DNA of 63,278 bases, counting the filler, from Collodictyon triciliatum (lineage: Eukaryota): NCBI GenBank assembly GCA_043381765.1. It is 8 parts of 8 records of this genome, joined end to end, with 100 filler letters (N's around TTAATTAATTAA, not from the genome) between each part and the next. Parts side by side here need not be neighbours in the genome. Positions count along the whole stretch, not along the records: positions 58,249 to 63,278 come from JBHJMP010003589.1; 7 more parts are not named here. The stretch is one strand, 5' to 3'. The notes beneath the pieces were generated by a model that was not told where the DNA came from, ran no database searches, and was given only the letters and a program-made list of their open reading frames with translations. A program made the position numbers and the translations under genes. Of this stretch, positions 59,611-63,278 are shown piece after piece. Every line of letters begins with the position of its first letter. Position 1 is the stretch's first letter.

Positions 59611-60111
59611 CAATAATCAATTTTATAAGGAAATCAAAAGAATAGTGGACAGTATAGAAAACATAATAATCTTGAGCAAGCGCACAGGATATTGATCGAT
59701 GACAAGAAGTAAATAAGTTGATTCGTTGGCTCACCAGTGGAAAGTTTTCCTCGCTGTGCCCAAAATACTGACTTCTTTCCTATATTATTTAATTAAAAAA
59801 AAGTAGTTATTACACAAAACATCTGTGCTGAAACCAAGACATTATAAGCTTTAACACAGCAATAAGGGAAGGACACAAATAAGAAGAAAACAAAAAGACA
59901 ATCTATCAAAAATATCAAAGTAGGAGACCACGCACGATTTCTGCCGACATGAGCAAAGGCTTCGCGCTTTCCAGCACGTTAACATCTTACGTTTTAATGT
60001 AATACGCATGTTATTTTTAATCGAGCACTTTTCCACATGTTTCAATAAAGCATTCGTATCAGCAGTGTAAGTATAATATGAAGACAAATGGCATTTAAAA
60101 TAAAGTCTTGA

Positions 60112-60846
60112 TTAATCACCCAAGAGAGAAGAATGATGCGGAGTGTTCCACTCGCCGTGCATGCCCTTCATATCGGTAGAGGCAGAAGACGAATCGCCAG
60201 ATGACTGTCCGCGGAATGCGGTGCCTCTGGGATGGAGATTAGTCGCCATGGCGGAAAAGTCGCCCTCCGCCCCACCTTCCCCAGCCTCTTCGGGACATGC
60301 GCCTTTGGTCAGGATGCTTCATACAAATGTGTAGGAATTTTAATGTCTATAGAAAAAAACCCAAAAAACCCCCCAAAAAAACCCCAAAACCCAAAAAAGA
60401 AAAAGAAAAAGAAAAAGAAAAAGAAAAAGAAAAAGAAAAAGAAAAAGAAAAAGAAAAAGAAAAAGAAAAGAGAAAAAGAAAAGAAAAAAGAATAAGAGCA
60501 AACATTACAAATAATGATAAAATAAACAACCAAAAAATGAAACAAAAACAAAAGAGAAAAGCAAACTGAGAAAAAGGCGTACAAAAATGGAATGAAAAAT
60601 AAAGAAAAACCAAAATAACATGAGGGAAAAACAGATGCTTTAACCGGACTATCGGTTGTTGGAATGAAACCTAAGGAATGATGGCTGAGCAGGATAGATC
60701 TTTGGCAGCGGTGCGACATCTGGGATGTTCTGCGGGTCGAAGCGAATAGGGTTGCTATCAAACGGTGCCTCTGCTTTATCATCTGCGCGCTGCTTTGCTC
60801 GATACCGCATCGGAGGCTTTGCCGCGTCATTATGGCGTTGGCTCAT
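60112..60846 (-). CDS. Small hypothetical protein (~126 aa, two exons 60671-60846 and 60112-60316)
   Basis: Two GC-richer islands joined by a GT..AG intron in matching phase 2; 381 nt in total from ATG to TAA. No recognisable domain. Confidence 0.4.
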
Positions 60847-62555
60847 TCCTTGCTTTTCTCCAAATTCTCTCCTTATCTCTTTCCCCCTTTTTTCTTTCTT
60901 TTTTCCCTTCGCGTTCTGCTGCTATTGTGTTAGATGGATGATTCGATGGTTTGTCATTCGATCATTCGATCACTCGATCGTTCGATTACTCGAATACTCA
61001 TTGTTATGCTTACCTTTTCTTTATTTTTTTTTGTTTTGTTTTGTATTGTATTGCTTTGATTTGTTTTTGTATTGTTTCGTATTGCTTTGATTTGTTTTTC
61101 AGAGAGGGGGATGGGCGGCGATCTGAGGGAGATTCCGATTGAACAGGAAGCAAAGGACGTGGGGGGTGGATTAGTTGTGGCGCTGTTTGGACGAGACGCA
61201 CACAATTATGAAAAAAAAAAAAAAAAAAAAAAGAGAGAGAGAAAACCAGACGCACGAAAGGTAGAACATTATGATTGCCGTGCGATGTTTGTCGGCTTGT
61301 GATGCGAATTGAAAGGCAGACTTTCCCCGCTGCGATTCATTATATTTTATTTTGATTTATTTTTTCAATTGCGATTATCGAAACTAAGAAAGAAAGGAAA
61401 GGAAAGGAAAGGAATCGGATCGAAAGGAACCGAAGGCCATGAAAGGTGGGATATTGCTTTTGTGTTGGAGAGACGAGAGGCTGCAAGAAAAGAAGGAAGA
61501 GAGTGGCTCATTTGAAAACTTGAAATCGGGAGATGTCGTTGCATAGAATCCTGTTGCTTCTTGCGTTCTTCCAGACGACGAGCTTCAATTATGAATTCGC
61601 CAAGCCTTTTTCCTTTCGGGAAGATTTCTGTGGCGCTATTGCCGATTTTTGAAAATTTTCGGGAATAGGAGGACTCCCAAACAATCCCGATATGGATTAA
61701 TCGTCGATCGATCTGAAATTTCATTTACAAAAAAAGATAAAGGTTGTCAATTAATGGTGTGGTGCGCCCGATTTCGTCCACATATCAAGTAGATATTCGT
61801 TTTTACAGTCCCGATGCGGACTTAAAGGATACTTACAGAAATGGTGCACTTGAGAGCGTTTCAGGAAACAGACAACGGCTATAAGAGCGTCCTGGGCTTA
61901 TGCAAGGTTCCGTAAAATATTTGTTGTGCAGCCCTATTGTGGAATATGAGTGGTCATATGAATCCGGATTCAATGGATGGTATATTATAAGTATCTGGAT
62001 TCCGAAGCGACCAGTTTCCGAGACATAAAATCGCTTTGCTGTGAGTTTCCCAACAAGCAGGTTAAAAAATCGTGGGCGACAAAGCAATCACAAACCCCGC
62101 CGCAGCCCCAAAGCTCCCCGCAGACTCAGCGACTCATTTTCTCACCAAGGAATGCAAGGGCCGCCAAGGACGAAAGGGTTGGGTATTCCGTGCGGTGGCA
62201 GCGTGTTCATGCCGGATAGTATCGTCGGTCTCGCTCGGCCAGGAAACAAAAGTCCAAAACGCTCCAAAGGTGTCGCAGCTTCTCTAACAAAGTCTCCCAT
62301 CAAAGGCTGCACAAAGAAAATGGCAGGTTTGTTGGGTTTTGTTTTCTTCGTATGCCTGGTGTAGTTAAAATGACTTTTATATATCTGTGCGTATGCGACT
62401 GGCACACATTTTGGTGTATTTGATTGCTTTCTTCGTCGGGAACATCGCAGAGAGAAAAGGCACTGTAGATTTTGCTGAACAGGGAGGCAGGAAACACTTT
62501 AGTATCGATCAAAGTTATATGGCCATCACGGAATTTGTCAGCAATGTGGTAACCC

Positions 62556-62618
<63 letters not shown>

Positions 62619-63278
62619 TTATTATATTGGAGAGGCGTGCCAACATCTTCACCATCCTGCACAAAATTGAAAGGAAGAATAAAAAAAAAAATTATTGGAG
62701 AGGCGAGCAGAACGGAGTGGCTTCTATCACTATACAGTTTTTCTTATTCAACAAGATCGCCACAAATTTATCCAGACTAACTATAAAAATCGACTTCTTT
62801 AAACATATGCATGCAGTTTGACATCAGCAAGATTCTATGCATCGATAATATATGGAGAAAGGTTGGCCTTTTTACCCAGACGGATAATTTCTTTAAATTG
62901 GCTTTCGATGATAGAAAAAAACCTATAATGTAGAGTAAAACATAAAACTGACAAAACCGTGCATGCAGCCATTCCTTTTCAATATGAAATGTTTTAGGTA
63001 CACTCAGGATGTGAGCCGCAGAATACAAAGTCGCTCGACAAACCGATATTTTATAGAGAAGATTTTCGTCAGGCATATTCTGTAAACTCAAATCTAACCA
63101 CGGAGGTTGAGGCTCAACCTATCGATTATGTTTGTGAAAAACTTGCGCCTATTTAAAACTCATACGTTTTAAATCTTTCCATTTCCTTACCCTTTTTTTT
63201 TTTTTTTTTAATTTTTTTGGTGTTTTAACAAAAATATCAATTTATTTTTTAGTATTTTAATTTTTTTATATAAAAAAA

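Noticed and set aside
61780-63110. GC-richer stretches with several short overlapping ORFs
   Set aside because: I could not assemble a consistent spliced frame or recognise a domain; left unannotated.

Overview
AT-rich, intron-rich, microsatellite-laden eukaryotic DNA using the standard genetic code; most likely a protist, possibly amoebozoan (inferred from gene content). The window is NOT contiguous. It is 8 contigs joined by an artificial 100-nt spacer (N44-TTAATTAATTAA-N44). The seven complete contigs are 8224, 8223, 8222, 8221, 8221, 8220 and 8217 nt long, i.e. size-sorted, so gene neighbourhood across spacers means nothing. Genes reconstructed by hand: an intronless NACHT-pentapeptide-WD40 NLR-like protein with an N-terminal ubiquitin-like leader; a CAMKL kinase with UBA; tomosyn/Lgl-like (5' partial); DENN-SBF2-like (5' partial); an SDR oxidoreductase; a degenerate copper-monooxygenase + Frizzled-CRD-like type I membrane protein; a polyQ RING-H2 ligase; a pseudogenised signal-WD40-Cys-rich-multipass receptor; a coiled-coil protein; a TRIM-like RING/B-box protein; an LRR-Cys-rich-multipass receptor; and an LRR-Roc-COR-kinase-LRR Roco protein. 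Most notable: (1) an 18-nt + poly(A) micro-insertion, CTTTGAATCGAATAAAGG(A)n, present in three unrelated contigs, each copy flanked by its own 14-17 bp target-site duplication; (2) a Ubl-GG|GQSHS junction in the NLR, suggesting cleavage that exposes an N-myristoylation site; (3) 13 consecutive, exactly 69-bp, phase-1 one-LRR-per-exon cassettes; (4) a Roco with homologous LRR/cap modules at both ends.
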